From contig NIVC01000284.1 in the NCBI GenBank assembly GCA_002269645.1, positions 1-64,000 on the forward strand: a DNA stretch of 64,000 nt, given 5' to 3'. The position numbers were made by a program, and so were the translations under genes. Below the pieces are notes generated by a model. It was not told the origin of the DNA and made no database searches. It saw nothing but the letters and a program-made list of their open reading frames with translations. This DNA is from Macrostomum lignano (taxonomy: Eukaryota). Positions 46,613 through 60,609 of the stretch are shown one piece after another. Positions within the stretch are counted from its first letter, which is position 1; the number at the start of each line of letters is the position of its first letter.

Positions 46613-47317
46613 GCCTAAGCCTTACTATTTGCCCTACTAAAGCCAGGGGTTTGGATCTGTGCACACTATAGAGGTGGGCAAAGTCGAGGGGAGGTAGGGA
46701 TGTGGGTTGGGGATGTATAACTAAACATTCTTAGTTAGTTCTTAGTTAATTACTTCTTAATTCGGGTGAAATACATAGGTCATGGCCATGAATTCAAAAA
46801 ACATAATAAACCATCTTATTCATTCACTAGTAATTTCTATGTTAATGAAAAAATGCTAACCTCCGAAATATACTCGTATTTATACGGTAAAAACTGCTTC
46901 CTAAAGTTTTCCAACAAACGTAGTCTTCTGTCCTACTTGAGTAGTCCTTGGACGAAACTAGCGGTTGCATGCCTGCTCTCCAAAAGCCATAACCATAGTA
47001 GATCATAGCATAATAGTGCTTGCAATTCAACTTCATGAACTCAGCTGGACAGTTTGCTGAGGTGCTTAGAGTTAATTGGCTCTGACGGCTGAATGCGAAT
47101 TATGCTTTTCTCGTGAAATGTTAGAACACGTGCTGAAACAAGTGGCGCTGTGAGTGTGTGATAAATCATGGCGGTACGTGTTGTACCTCAGGCGTGGCTA
47201 AAAACTTGTGCCCTTCCGTATTTTCTGATGGTGGTGAGTCACGGCTCATCTAGCTCATTCAAAGTAGGTCAAGACTTTTAGCTGCATGTCGTTTAGGACT
47301 CTGAATTTTATTATAAG

Positions 47318-49156
47318 TGGGTCAGGAGTCTGAATTCTAGCACAGATGGGTCAGGAGTCTGAATTCTAGCACAGATGGGTCAGGAGTCTGAATTCTAGCA
47401 CAGATGGGTCAGGAGTCTGAATTCTAGCACAGATAGGTCAGGAGTCTGAATTCTAGCACAGATGGGTCAGGAGTCTGAATTCTAGCACAGATGGGTCAGG
47501 AGTCTGAATTCTAGCACAGATGGGTCAGGAGTCTGAATTCTAGCACAGATGGGTCAGGAGTCTGAATTCTAGCACAGATGGGTCAGGAGTCTGAATTCTA
47601 GCACAGATGGGTCAGGAGTCTGAATTCTAGCACAGATAGGTCAGGAGTCTGAATTCTAGCACAGATGGGTCAGGAGTCTGAATTCTAGCACAGATGGGTC
47701 AGGAGTCTGAATTCTAGCACAGATGGGTCAGGAGTCTGAATTCTAGCACAGATGGGTCAGGAGTCTGAATTCTAGCACAGATGGGTCAGGAGTCTGAATT
47801 CTAGCACAGATGGGTCAGGAGTCTGAATTCTAGCACAGATGGGTCAGGAGTCTGAATTCTAGCACAGATAGGTCAGGAGTCTGAATTCTAGCACAGATAG
47901 GTCAGGAGTCTGAATTCTAGCACAGATGGGTCAGGAGTCTGAATTCTAGCACAGATGGGTCAGGAGTCTGAATTCTAGCACAGATGGGTCAGGAGTCTGA
48001 ATTCTAGCACAGATGGGTCAGGAGTCTGAATTCTAGCACAGATGGGTCAGGAGTCTGAATTCTAGCACAGATGGGTCAGGAGTCTGAATTCTAGCACAGA
48101 TGGGTCAGGAGTCTGAATTCTAGCACAGATAGGTCAGGAGTCTGAATTCTAGCACAGATAGGTCAGGAGTCTGAATTCTAGCACAGATGGGTCAGGAGTC
48201 TGAATTCTAGCACAGATAGGGTCAGGAGTCTGAATTCTAGCACAGATAGGTCAGGAGTCTGAATTCTAGCACAGATAGGTCAGGAGTCTGAATTCTAGCA
48301 CAGATGGGTCAGGAGTCTGAATTCTAGCACAGATAGGACAGGAGTCTGAATTCTAGCACAGATAGGTCAGGAGTCTGAATTCTAGCACAGATAGGTCAGG
48401 AGTCTGAATTCTAGCACAGATAGGTCAGGAGTCTGAATTCTAGCACAGATGGGTCAGGAGTCTGAATTCTAGCACAGATGGGTCAGGAGTCTGAATTCTA
48501 GCACAGATGGGTCAGGAGTCTGAATTCTAGCACAGATGGGTCAGGAGTCTGAATTCTAGCACAGATGGGTCAGGAGTCTGAATTCTAGCACAGATGGGTC
48601 AGGAGTCTGAATTCTAGCACAGATGGGTCAGGAGTCTGAATTCTAGCACAGATGGGTCAGGAGTCTGAATTCTAGCACAGATGGGTCAGGAGTCTGTATT
48701 CTAGCACAGATGGGTCAGGAGTCTGAATTCTAGCACAGATGGGTCAGGAGTCTGAATTCTAGCACAGATGGGTCAGGAGTCTGAATTCTAGCACAGATGG
48801 GTCAGGAGTCTGTATTCTAGCACAGATGGGTCAGGAGTCTGAATTCTAGCACAGATGGGTCAGGAGTCTGAATTCTAGCACAGATGGGTCAGGAGTCTGA
48901 ATTCTAGCACAGATGGGTCAGGAGTCTGTATTCTAGCACAGATGGGTCAGGAGTCTGAATTCTAGCACAGATGGGTCAGGAGTCTGAATTCTAGCACAGA
49001 TGGGTCAGGAGTCTGAATTCTAGCACAGATGGGTCAGGAGTCTGAATTCTAGCACAGATGGGTCAGGAGTCTGAATTCTAGCACAGATGGGTCAGGAGTC
49101 TGAATTCTAGCACAGATGGGTCAGGAGTCTGAATTCTAGCACAGATGGGTCAGGAC
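47318..49156. repeat. 29-bp minisatellite (GGGTCAGGAGTCTGAATTCTAGCACAGAT), about 63 near-identical copies
   Basis: Units start at 47348 and 47377 and continue at the same period. Confidence 0.97.
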
Positions 49157-49315
49157 TTCTGACAGGTGAGTCAGAAAAAACCCCTGAAATAAGAAAATCG
49201 ATCTCTTCGTGAAACACCCGCCAGATCGAACCTTAACTAGGGTTGCCTAAGAGACACGCTAAAGTATTATATTAGAGTCACAGCCACGCTACCTCAACAG
49301 AGAAATCCCACTCAC

Positions 49316-49549
49316 TTTGCAGCCTTCGCAGGCTGGCACACCGTAGTGAACTCCGCTAGCTACGTCTTGGCAGACGGCGCATCGAGACAACGGCGGCTCT
49401 GCCATGGTCGAACAGGACGAGGAGGATGGCTGCTGCTCCTGCGCTGGCTGCTCCCGTCGCCGCCGCTGCTGCTGAGCCGGCGCACACAGATCTTCTCCAG
49501 CGGTGGCTTCCATGACGGCCAACAGGCCTAAGCAATCGGACGATGTCAT
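49316..49549 (-). CDS. Nuclear receptor exon 1 (first zinc finger, P-box CEGCKG), NR1-like
   Basis: CAVCQDVASGVHYGVPACEGCK and donor AAA|GTGAGT (phase 0), joining GFFRR at 35125. Confidence 0.92.
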
Positions 49550-49829
49550 CTGATTCTCGGAGCCTCTGTTTAAGTTACTATGCTTAAAAGACGTTACTGA
49601 CAGCGCTTACTTGGACCGATCAATGCGAGCCTCGGTCTAGTACAGTTTGTTTATTAATTAATTTTTTTGCCGAATCGCACTGGAATCTGGAATAAAGTTG
49701 TGGAATTGAAAAATCTTTATTAATAAATTGTTCTAACAGGTCTATTTAATGAATAATTTGATTTAACGGCGTTACTGAATTACAAGACAGCTCTGTAGCT
49801 GTGAGATTAGAGAATCGAAAGGAGAAAAA

Positions 49830-51222
49830 CATCTGACCCTCTATGAGATTAGGCAGCCACGAGAAACCCTGACTCTCTATGAGACTAGGCAATCAGGAGA
49901 AACCCTGACTCTCTATGAGATTAGGCAACCAGGAGAAACCCTGACTCTCTATGAGATTAGGCAGCCAGGAGAAACCCTGACTCTCTATGAGATTAGGCAA
50001 CCAGGAGAAACCCTGACTCTCTATGAGATTAGGCAGCCAGGAGAAACCCCGACTCTATGAGATTAGGCAGCCAAGAGAAACCCCGACTCTCTATGAGATT
50101 AGGCAGCCAAGAGAAACCCCGACTCTCTATGAGATTAGGCAGCCAGGAGAAACCCCGACTCTCTATGAGATTAGGCAGCCAGGAGAAACCCTGACTCTAT
50201 GAGACTAGGCAATCAAGAGAAACCCTGACTCTCTATGAGATTAGGCAGCCAGGAGAAACCCTGACTCTCTATGAGATTAGGCAACCGGGAGATGAGAAAA
50301 CCCGGACTCCAAATGAGATTGAGCAATTGGGAAATGACTTACCTCGGACTCTGTGAGATTAGGCAGCCAGGAGAGACCCTGACTCTCTATGAGACTAGGC
50401 AATCAGGAGAAACCCTGACTCTCTATGAGATTAGGCAGCCAGGAGAAACCCTGACTCTCTATGAGATTAGGCAGCCAGGAGAAACCCTGACTCTCTATGA
50501 GACTAGGCAATCAGGAAAAACCCTGACTCTATGAGATTAGGCAGCCAGGAAAAACCCTGACTCTCTATGAGATTAGGCAGCCAGGAGAAACCCTGACTCT
50601 CTGAGACTAGGCAATCAGGAGAAACCCTGACTCTCTATGAGACTAGGCAATCAGGAGAAACCCTGACTCTCTATGGGATTAGGCAGCCAGGAGAAACCCT
50701 GACTCTCTATGAGACTAGGCAATTAGGAGAAACCCTGACTCTATGAGATTAGGCAGCCAGGAGAAACCCTGACTCTCTATGAGACTAGGCAATCAGGAGA
50801 AACCCTGACTCTCTATGAGATTAGGCAGCCAGGAGAAACCCTGACTCTCTATGAGACTAGGCAATCAGGAGAAACCCTGACTCTCTATGAGATTAGGCAG
50901 CCAGGAGAAACCCTGACTCTCTATGAGATTAGGCAATCAGGAGAAACCCTGACTCTCTATGAGATTAGGCAGCCAGGAGAAACCCTGACTCTCTATGAGA
51001 CTAGGCAATCAGGAGAAACCCTGACTCTCTATGAGATTAGGCAGCCAGGAGAAACCCTGACTCTCTATGAGACTAGGCAATTAGGAGAAACCCTGACTCT
51101 CTATGAGATTAGGCAGCCAGGAGAAACCCTGACTCTCTATGAGACTAGGCAATCAGGAGAAACCCGGACTCCAAATGAGATTGAGCAATTGGGAAACGAC
51201 TAACCTCGGACTCTGTGAGATT
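49830..51222. repeat. 36-bp minisatellite (GAGAAACCCTGACTCTCTATGAGATTAGGCAGCCAG)
   Basis: Direct periodicity. The same interruption occurs near 50300 and 51165. Confidence 0.95.
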
Positions 51223-52467
51223 AATTACTTGATGCTATTTAGCAGGACTGCACTATATGCAAAAGCAAATTTCAAGCTTCAAAGCTCATTAGCTCTATGA
51301 TTATCATCTGGGTTTGCTTACCTGTTGAGTAGTTAAGTGTATTTATTGAAGTCTCTACAGTATCTTTAAAGAAAGCAAAGCTTCAAAAGTATTCCTGAGT
51401 TTTCCTCAGAGCCTCAACATTAGGCGCCTGTCTTTTATTAGTCAAAGTTAAACTCTATTCTCTCTGCCTAGGAAAGTACATAGCGTGCTAGTGTACTTGT
51501 CAATTCCTGTTAATTCCGGTTATAGTTGTTGAGATAGCTACAATTAGCTACGTACTTGCACCTAGCTAATCTAGATAATGAAATACAGTCAGAATTAGGT
51601 GTGACTTAATGCCCTATATGAGATTATTATTATTATAAGCTGAACCCCTAAATCTAAACTTAAGATCTCCGCGCATTGACGCGCGTACAAAATCCATACC
51701 ATAGCCAGTAACGATCTGGGGCAGAGTTCATTTCATTACTGTACGTGCTAAAACTGCAAAATGCGGTCGGTGCGCCAGTTAAAACTGGGTTAGGGACAGC
51801 GGGAGAGGGGCACAGAAATATGCGCTATTGTGCATGCTGGCCCTCTCTCTTGTTTTGCCTCTTCCCTCTGTGCCCTATTCAGCTACCAGTCACACCGCCC
51901 CGTTGTACTCAAATCGTTCTCTAGTCTATGAAAATAGAAAATAAATGAGAGAGGGGAGAGAGAAGAGACAGAGATAAGTAGAGTTCGGTTTAGACTTTCC
52001 ACAGCTGAAACAAAATATCGACCAACTTCCCGCCCTTACCCTTGAAAAGTTTAGCCAAACAGTTAGAACTAGATCAAACTAGCGGGGGCTTGGCCAGCCA
52101 TTCTAATGCTTGCATGGGGTGGAATTTGAGTCAGCTGGCTTTCTAATCTAGAAAATACAAAGCCTGCTAAATAAATGCCTAATGGATGCATTAGTACATG
52201 TAATGCTTATCAGTCACAATTGGTATGCATGATGACTAATTACTTCATTAAATAAATATATGCATTTAAAAGACTTGGCCGAATTCATTTTTGAAAAATT
52301 TGAAAAAAATGAGATCAATAAAGAATAAATTTTAAACAGACTGAAGTGTCTTTTGTATTCTTTTCTCATTTCAATAAAGCTGAAAATGTTGAATATATTT
52401 TTAAATTAACTAATAAAATTGATAGCTTTATTGTAAAATTTGAGCTATGCGAGATTCATCTAACAGG

Positions 52468-54535
52468 TTATCATGGCACTGTTATCATGGCATTATCATG
52501 GCACTGTTATCATGGCATTATCATGGCACTGTTATCATGGCATTATCATGGCACTGTTATCATGGCATTATCATGGCACTGTTATCATGGCACTGTTATC
52601 ATGGCATTATCATGGCACTGTTATCATGGCATTATCATGGCACTGTTATCATGGCATTATCATGGCACTGTTATCATGGCATTATCATGGCACTGTTATC
52701 ATGGCATTATCATGGCACGGTTATCATGGCATTATCATTGCACCGTCAACATGGCACTGTTATCATGGCACTGTTATCATGGCATTTTCATGGCACTGTT
52801 ATCATGGCATTATCATGGCACTGTTATCATGGCACTGTTATCCTGGCATTGTCAACATGGCGCTGTTATCATGGGCATTTTCATGGCACTGCTATCATGG
52901 CACTGTTATGATGGCATTTTTATGGCACTGTTATCATGGCATTGTCAAAATGGCACTGTTATCATGGCATTGTCAAAATGGCACTGTTATCATGGCATTG
53001 TCAAAATGGCACTGTTATCATGGCATTGTCAAAATGGCACTGTTATCATGGCATTGTCAAAATGGCACTGTTATCATGGCATTGTCAACATGGCACTGTT
53101 ATCATGGCACTGTTATCATGGTATTATCATGGCACTGTTATCATGGCATTATCATGGCACTGTTATCATGGCATTATCATGGCACTGTTATCATGGCATT
53201 ATCATGGCACTGTTATCATGGCATTATCATGGCACTGTTATCATGGCATTATCATGGCACTGTTATCATGGCATTATCATGGCACTGTTATCATGGCATT
53301 ATCATGGCACGGTTATCATGGCATTATCATGGCACGGTTATCATGGCATTATCATTGCACCGTCAACATGGCACTGTTATCATGGCACTGTTATCATGGC
53401 ATTTTCATGGCACTGTTATCATGGCATTATCATGGCACTGTTATCATGGCACTGTTATCATGGCACTGTTATCATGGCACTGTTATCCTGGCATTGTCAA
53501 CATGGCGCTGTTATCATGGGCATTTTCATGGCACTGCTATCATGGCACTGTTATGATGGCATTTTTATGGCACTGTTATCATGGCATTGTCAAAATGGCA
53601 CTGTTATCATGGCATTGTCAAAATGGCACTGTTATCATGGCATTGTCAACATGCACTGTTATCATGGCATTGTCAAAATGGCACTGTTATCATGGCATTA
53701 TCATGGCACTGTTATCATGGCATTGTCAACATGGCACTGTTATCATGGCATTGTCAACATGGCACTGTTATCATGGCAGTGTTATCATGGCATTATCATG
53801 GCATTATCATGGCACTGTTATCATGGCATTATCATGGCACTGCTATCATGGCATTATCATGGCACTGTTATCATGGCATTATCATGGCACTGTTATCATG
53901 GCATTATCATGGCACTGTTATCATGGCATTATCATGGCACTGTTATCATGGCATTATCATGGCACGGTTATCATGGCATTATCATGGCACGGTTATCATG
54001 GCATTATCATGGCACTGTTATCATGGCATTATCATGGCACTGTTATCATGGCATTATCATGGCACGGTTATCATGGCATTATCATGGCACTGTTATCATG
54101 GCATTATCATGGCACTGTTATCATGGCATTATCATGGCACTGTTATCATGGCATTATCATGGCACTGTTATCATGGCATTATCATGGCATTATCATGGCA
54201 TTATCATGGCACTGTTATCATGGCATTATCATGGCATTATCATGGCACTGTTATCATGGCATTATCATGGCATTATCATGGCACTGTTATCATGGCATTA
54301 TCATGGCATTATCATGGCATTATCATGGCACTGTTATCATGGCATTATCATGGCATTATCATGGCATTATCATGGCACTGTTATCATGGCATTATCATGG
54401 CATTATCATGGCATTATCATGGCATTATCATGGCACTGTTATCATGGCATTATCATGGCATTATCATGGCACTGTTATCATGGCACTGTTATCATGGCAT
54501 TATCATGGCATTGTTACCATGGTACTGTTATCATA
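52468..54535. repeat. 11/14-bp composite minisatellite (TTATCATGGCA / TGTTATCATGGCAC)
   Basis: Direct periodicity; produces the 734-aa and 687-aa spurious ORFs. Confidence 0.97.
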
Positions 54536-54699
54536 AAATTACAAAAATAACTATTATTTCCGAAATATTGAGTCAAAAGTACATATCAATTTGAGATCAG
54601 ATTAATTTACAATAATTTATACTCAAAATAATAATAAATAATATTAAATAAATAATAAATATTAAATATTAAATAATAAGATAGCACACTTTAAAAAGA

Positions 54700-56560
54700 T
54701 AAAAGATTGTTGAGGATTTAGGAAAAAATTATCAAGTCTGCTATTTTCAATGTGTTAGGAACTTTCACTCTTGGAACTATCTGGTTCATTTCTGCTTATC
54801 TCAACATTATTCACTTCTATCTAAAAATGATACTTGTATACTACCTAGAAAAAGAGTACCAATTAGGTGGCAAGGCAATTTACTGTCCAATTGTACTCAT
54901 AGTTACTTGGGCTGTTTACCACAACCACGTGATTGATTATCTAAGAATTTTACTCTCTAATTATCTTATATTTTCATCACTATTATTTCCAATGCTCTTG
55001 GAATAAAGTAGATAGGCTATATAAAATGACTTAAAACTAATCTGAATAAAAAATGAATGGTAAATAATTATAAACAACATTGTTAAATAACTTTTGTCTT
55101 TTAACAATATTGTTTTAATAGGATGGGAATACAAAAAAAACAATAATATTCACAAAATATTATATCAAAAGTGTATATAGTTTATAGAAATCAGTTGGAA
55201 ATCATTTATACTAAAAAAACATTTAAATAAAGTACATATTGGCCTACAGACTTAAAAATGAAATATTGTTTAAGCATAACACCATTTAAAAGATTGAAAA
55301 TGATAGACTATTTTTCCTAAATCTTAGACAATGTGTTTAGGAAATGTTTTTCAACTCTGAAACCATTCGGTTTGTCTCTGCTTAAAATTATTCATTGACA
55401 TTAAAATATTTTAATCAAAAATGATACTTGTATACTACTTAGAAAAATCGTACCAATTAGGTGGCAAGGCAATTTACTGTTCACTTGTACTCATAGTTAC
55501 TCGGGCTGTTTACCACAGCTATATGCTTGATAATAAGCAAATTTTACCCTGATCATCATTCTATCATTATCACTAACCTTTTTAATGCCCTTAGAATGAA
55601 GTAATTATGTTATCCAAAGTGACTTTAAACTGATTTTAACAAAATTAAATAGTAAATAATTGAAAACAATATTGCTATAAAATAGCTTGTTACATTATTA
55701 TCATAGCATTGCAAAAATAGCTAAATAATTCATAAAAAATTGTTAAAAGAGTCATTATTCATACTGATCAATTTCACTCGAAAAAATATTAAAATAAAGT
55801 ATTAATTGACCACCTAACTTATTAACTAAAGATTTTTCAAAGATAGGCCTAATATAGGCCTAATTTAAAGGATGGTTAAGGATTTGGGAAAAATATTAAG
55901 GTCTATCATTGTTAATGTGTTTAGAAACTTTATATCACCTCTCAAACCAGTCAGTTTAGCTCTGCTTACATATTATTCACTAGTACTTTTATCTAAAAGT
56001 AAAACTGATGCTCATGTATTGATTTTAAAAAAGTACAAATTATGTGGCGAGGCAATTTATTGTTAAATTGCACTCATAGTTACTCGGGCTGTTTACCGCA
56101 ACCATGTGATTGATAATCTGTGAATTTTACCCCCTAGTAGTTATTCTAATATCCCTTAGAAGATTATTTAAACTGATACATTTCAATCACTGTTCTCAAA
56201 AAATATTAATATAAAGTATCTATTGACCAAACCAACTTATTACTAAAGATTTTTCAAAGACATCAATATTTTCAAGATTGTATAGGCCCTAAGAAATTTC
56301 AAAAAATTTTTTGTCCCATTTGTAAGTCTATTAAATTATCAATGTGTTTATGCTTTAAGAAATTTTTATCACCCCTTAAACCATTCAGTTTGCATCTGCT
56401 TAAACATTATTTATTATTACCTTTTTATGAAAAGGATGCTTGTATATTACTAATAAAAACAATACCAATTAGGTGGCGAGGCAATTTGTGTTTGAATTGC
56501 ACTCATAGTTACTCGCGCTGTTTACTGCACTCGTGAAATTGATTTTAACTTACAAACTAC
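54700..56560. repeat. Degenerate AT-rich tandem repeat (about 430-590-bp units, 4 copies), each carrying a 28S-like bipartite motif
   Basis: Motif copies start near 54858, 55452, 56035 and 56464. Neighbouring sequence such as TGATACTTGTATACTAC is also shared. Confidence 0.8.
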
Positions 56561-59481
56561 AAATGGGTTAGAGCCTACCCTTACCCTATATTTTAACTTT
56601 GTATATTGCAAGTCTAGTGCAAGTATTAGACTGTTCTTAGTGTATTTGTTTCTGTTCTAGCTACTCTCCTGGACATTTTTATTTTAGAAAATTCAAGAGA
56701 AATTAAATTTTCATCTTTGAATGAGGTCAAGATTTTAAAGAACTGTCTATATAAATAAATCTCTAATAACCTTACAATATCATTAGCCTATCAATGTAAA
56801 CTAACTTAAAACATCCAGTACTCTTTTATATCTGCTAAAAAAAAAATACTTTAATGCTGTTTAAGAACCCACTTGTGCACTTCTTGTTTAGTAAGATTTT
56901 TTCTTTGACCAATAAGGGTCAACAATAACCAGCCAAAGTCCCACTTATGATCTTATCTTGTATCTATTTTTGCAAACTTAAAATCTATCCATTAAAGATT
57001 TTTTAAACTCTTAAATTGGAAATACCTGTCAATCAATTTCAATCCATCTGCAATTAAAATAGTTAATATATTTCAGTAGGCCAAGCTAGGCTACTATTCA
57101 AGCTCATCATTGGCCTGATACTTTATCAAGAAACCAATGACAATTTGAAGCAAACAGTTGTTAATGTTAACAGGTGTAAATTTACTAGTACCAGCTGTTG
57201 ACACTCTAATCTGATCTGCTAGACTACAAGTGTAAAAAGTCTTGGTAAATCTGGTTGCTTGGGCTATGCTATTATCTATTAGGCCTTACATAATAATATG
57301 AAGCAAAAGTGATAAGTGATATGATATCCAAATGGTGAAGAGCTGGTGTTGGAAAGTGAAGTGGCTACTCTAGTTAATGATAGCTTAGACCTAAATTATG
57401 AGCGCGAGCAGAGAGGACAGAACCTGGCATAAATAGAGCCAAGAGATGTTTTCCGATAGGGCGGTCACGCGATTGGCCTACTACTTGAAAGTCATGTTAC
57501 CAAGTACGTGCTCATTCGGCGAGTGTAGTTAGAATTAAAAATTGGCGCGAAAAATAGACAATTCATGATTTTTAGAGTGATAACAGGTATAGCATGTTGT
57601 AAGTTCTTAGGCTGTCTTCATCAAAATATTGTATTTATGGGCCTCACAATACAAAGGGTTTTGTTATACACTAAAAAAGTGACGGTATTTGAAAATTGCG
57701 TGCTTTTAAAAAATTCTGTACTGCGCAAAACATGGCCCGAGGTCCGAGGATTGCAGGCGCGTAAAATTTTCTGTTTTTTATTTAACTGACAATTACTTGA
57801 TTTAGCTGCAGATCAGGGCTTTGGTCATTCGGGAAGCTAAGTGGTGCTCGTAACCGTAAACGTTACATGTAAATGCATCCCAGTGGTACCGGGTGTTCGC
57901 AGCGCAGTCCTGTCCTTCTCCTTTAAGGTAGCTGACAAGCATAGAGTGGGCGGGGCATTCACAGATGATGAAGAATTGTGCTCCGCGTCCAACAGGGAGA
58001 ATGCATGAATGGCCTTTATTGCTGCGGATTGCCTGCAGTTGCATAAGTTAGCTGCTCGGGCACTGCGCGGAAGGTGCAATGGAATTGAGGAACAATATAG
58101 GATGCAGCCGCACGGGAATTGCCAGAAATTGAGTGCGTTAGCCCCACCTCTCCCTGTGCTTTCGAGCGTTTTATACATGTAGATGCCACCCTATTGTTAG
58201 TCCCCGAGTGGTGAAAACGGCGTTGAGAATGTTGTTAAGGCTTCAGGCATACTGTAGATATAAAGTTTTACAGTTTTGTGCTATGAAAATTATTGAGAAA
58301 TGGGGAAACTATGGGAATGTTTCTATCTTCTATAATTAGCATTGGCTAGAATGCATTTTGCATGTTCATGTAGAACTGCAGACTACAAACTGCAATTTTA
58401 CTCCTTAAATCTTCAGCGGGGGACCAGTGGCAGACATTCGAGCCAGCCTACATGAAAGTACAATCGACAAGGCACACCACCATGCAGGGAACAGAGAGTA
58501 CTGTTCACAAAACGGGTCCTGCATCGTAAATGTAAGCAGCAAGATGTCCTGCACCGGTTGAAAGCGGATGGTGTCACCGCGGTGTGGCCGGCGAAAGGTT
58601 GGGTGCACTGAAGGACGTGAATCGCCGCTTATTTGACTGTCTAGGTGGAGGGTGATTCAATTCCCCCAGACTTGCTGATTTTAATTTATGACGTAAAGCT
58701 GTAGCTGTGGCGCGATTGACGAGAAATTTATTCTGGACAATTTCAAATGGTACATCAATTAGTGCCGATGTGCTGTCAGAAGGATTTCACGTGTGGTTGC
58801 CATGCAGTTTCCATTTGCTTTATTTTTGTGGCGTGGTGAAATGCTAGATTTTAAATATGGAGCGGAGAGTTCCAATTCGGACAGCAGGATTTCATTTGAG
58901 TGGGTCATATGATCAAGCAGGCCTCCCGCTGCTTCCACGTCATACGAGTACAGGCTGAGATCGGTAATGTACCTGCTTTGGTTATGAAGAAGATTGTGCA
59001 TGGCCTCTGCCAGGCCTAATTCACAGATTACTCAAATGGGGAGAATATTGGAATGACCTCACACTAGGCACTGGGGAGAAAATTGGAGTGACTCGTAATA
59101 ATTCCAGACTGGCATAACATTTATAAACATTTCCAGAGTGACATCACACTAATGGATCATGCCAGAGTGATATCACACCAATTCGAGAAAGGTCTTCATG
59201 GTATGCATAGTTTAGCAAATTTCAAATTCTCTTCCAATATGAATAAATTGTCTATCAATCAGCTGCGTTCTGAGCTTGCCAATGTAGCAAAGTACGAAAG
59301 TCGCGGTAGGGATTTAGTCTAGGGCAGCGATCGGACGCAGCTCGCACTGCTGCAACAGGACTGCCGGGCGAAAGAGTTCTTGGCTTGAGCGCTCGATATT
59401 CTCTGGGCACTAAGCAAATAACTCGTTAGCAACTGCTTTGAGAAATCTACAAGCTTAAGTTACAATTAGCTGAAGAGGAAA

Positions 59482-60346
59482 ATGCGAACTCGACTCCGCA
59501 CGGTGACCGGTGCCGCCCAGGAGCTGGCTGGCATCACGAGAACCCACGGCTTGCTGCACATCTTTCTGTCCAGAAGCACAGCTAGACGGCTCTTCTGGTT
59601 GCTTCTGTTCGTAGCTGCCCTGATCGGCTGCACCGTCCACCTGGCCAAGTTGGTGCAGAAGTTCACCGAGCGCTCCGTTGAGTCTCAGCTGAAGCTGAGG
59701 AGCGAACGAGCTCAGTTTCCCGACATCACAATCTGCAACTTGAAGCCCGCTTCTGCATCTTTGCTGTCTTTAAAAGATTTCTATGAATCCCACTTTAAGT
59801 TTAGGTTTAAGTTTGAGGTGTTTGACTACTTTGAAAACTTCTGGGGCAACTTCGTCAACTGGTTCAAGGAGGACACCCAGAGGCGCCCGCAAGAATCGGG
59901 TGAAAGCTATGATAGCCGACTTGAGAAGGTGTGCAAAAAGGTCCTGGACGTGATGTGGGTGTCGGGCGACACCAGAGACATCTCCCAGCTCGACGAGACC
60001 ATGCTGCTGAGCTGCCGCTACAACAGCGAGCCGTGCAGTCACAGAAACTTCTCGCTTGTCCAGACCAGCCGGTTCTGGAACTGCTACACGTTCCACCCGG
60101 ACCCACGGCAGTCGTCCAGCGGTCCTGGGGGCAGGGGAGCCGAGCTGGACATGGTGCTCTTCACCGATGGCAACGATAAGTTTCCCGACTGGCATGGAAA
60201 TTGGCGAAATGAAGCACTGCGCGACGGCTGCATGTTTCGCAAGTTCTCACGCAGCAAAGCCATCAACCGACTGCTGCAGAGCGACGAGCTGCAGTCCGCT
60301 GGATTGCGCATTTTCATTCACGAGGAGAAAAGCTTCCCGATGAGCC
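59482..60346 (+). CDS. DEG/ENaC channel exon 1 (HG motif, TM1, start of the ectodomain)
   Basis: TRTHGL, RRLFWLLLF, FPDITICN, LSCRYNSEPC, FWNCYTF, GLRIFIHE. Donor AGCC|GTGCGT (phase 1). Confidence 0.93.
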
Positions 60347-60609
60347 GTGCGTAATTTTGCTTCGCTACCCGCGAATTTGATTTTTGCAGCAAAAAGTAGC
60401 CCAAAACTTAATAAATTAGTTGCTTAATTTAGTGTCAATGATCTTTTTTCTTATATTTAGATAAACTTTTAATAAGTTTTTATCTTTTAGTTGAAAGTGC
60501 TTCATTCCACGAAAGTCTCACAGCCCATGCTAAAAAAGTCTTACAACCCATGTTAAAACAGTCTCACAACGCATGCTAAAAAAGTCTCACAGCCCATGCC
60601 AAACCGCAG

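Noticed and set aside
47318-49156. CRISPR-like array (29-bp repeat length; also the 26-, 31- and 36-bp arrays)
   Set aside because: Units are head-to-tail with no unique spacers, there are no cas genes, and the context is eukaryotic.
52346-54594. 734-aa, 687-aa and 337-aa His/Trp/Met-rich ORFs
   Set aside because: All three frames are open only because the 11/14-bp repeat lacks stop codons; there is no unique coding sequence.
57918-57932. CTCCTTTAAGGTAGC, a 13/15 match to the 28S R2/I-PpoI core that is missing from the nearby mimics
   Set aside because: Short isolated match with no flanking 28S similarity; plausible by chance in 64 kb.
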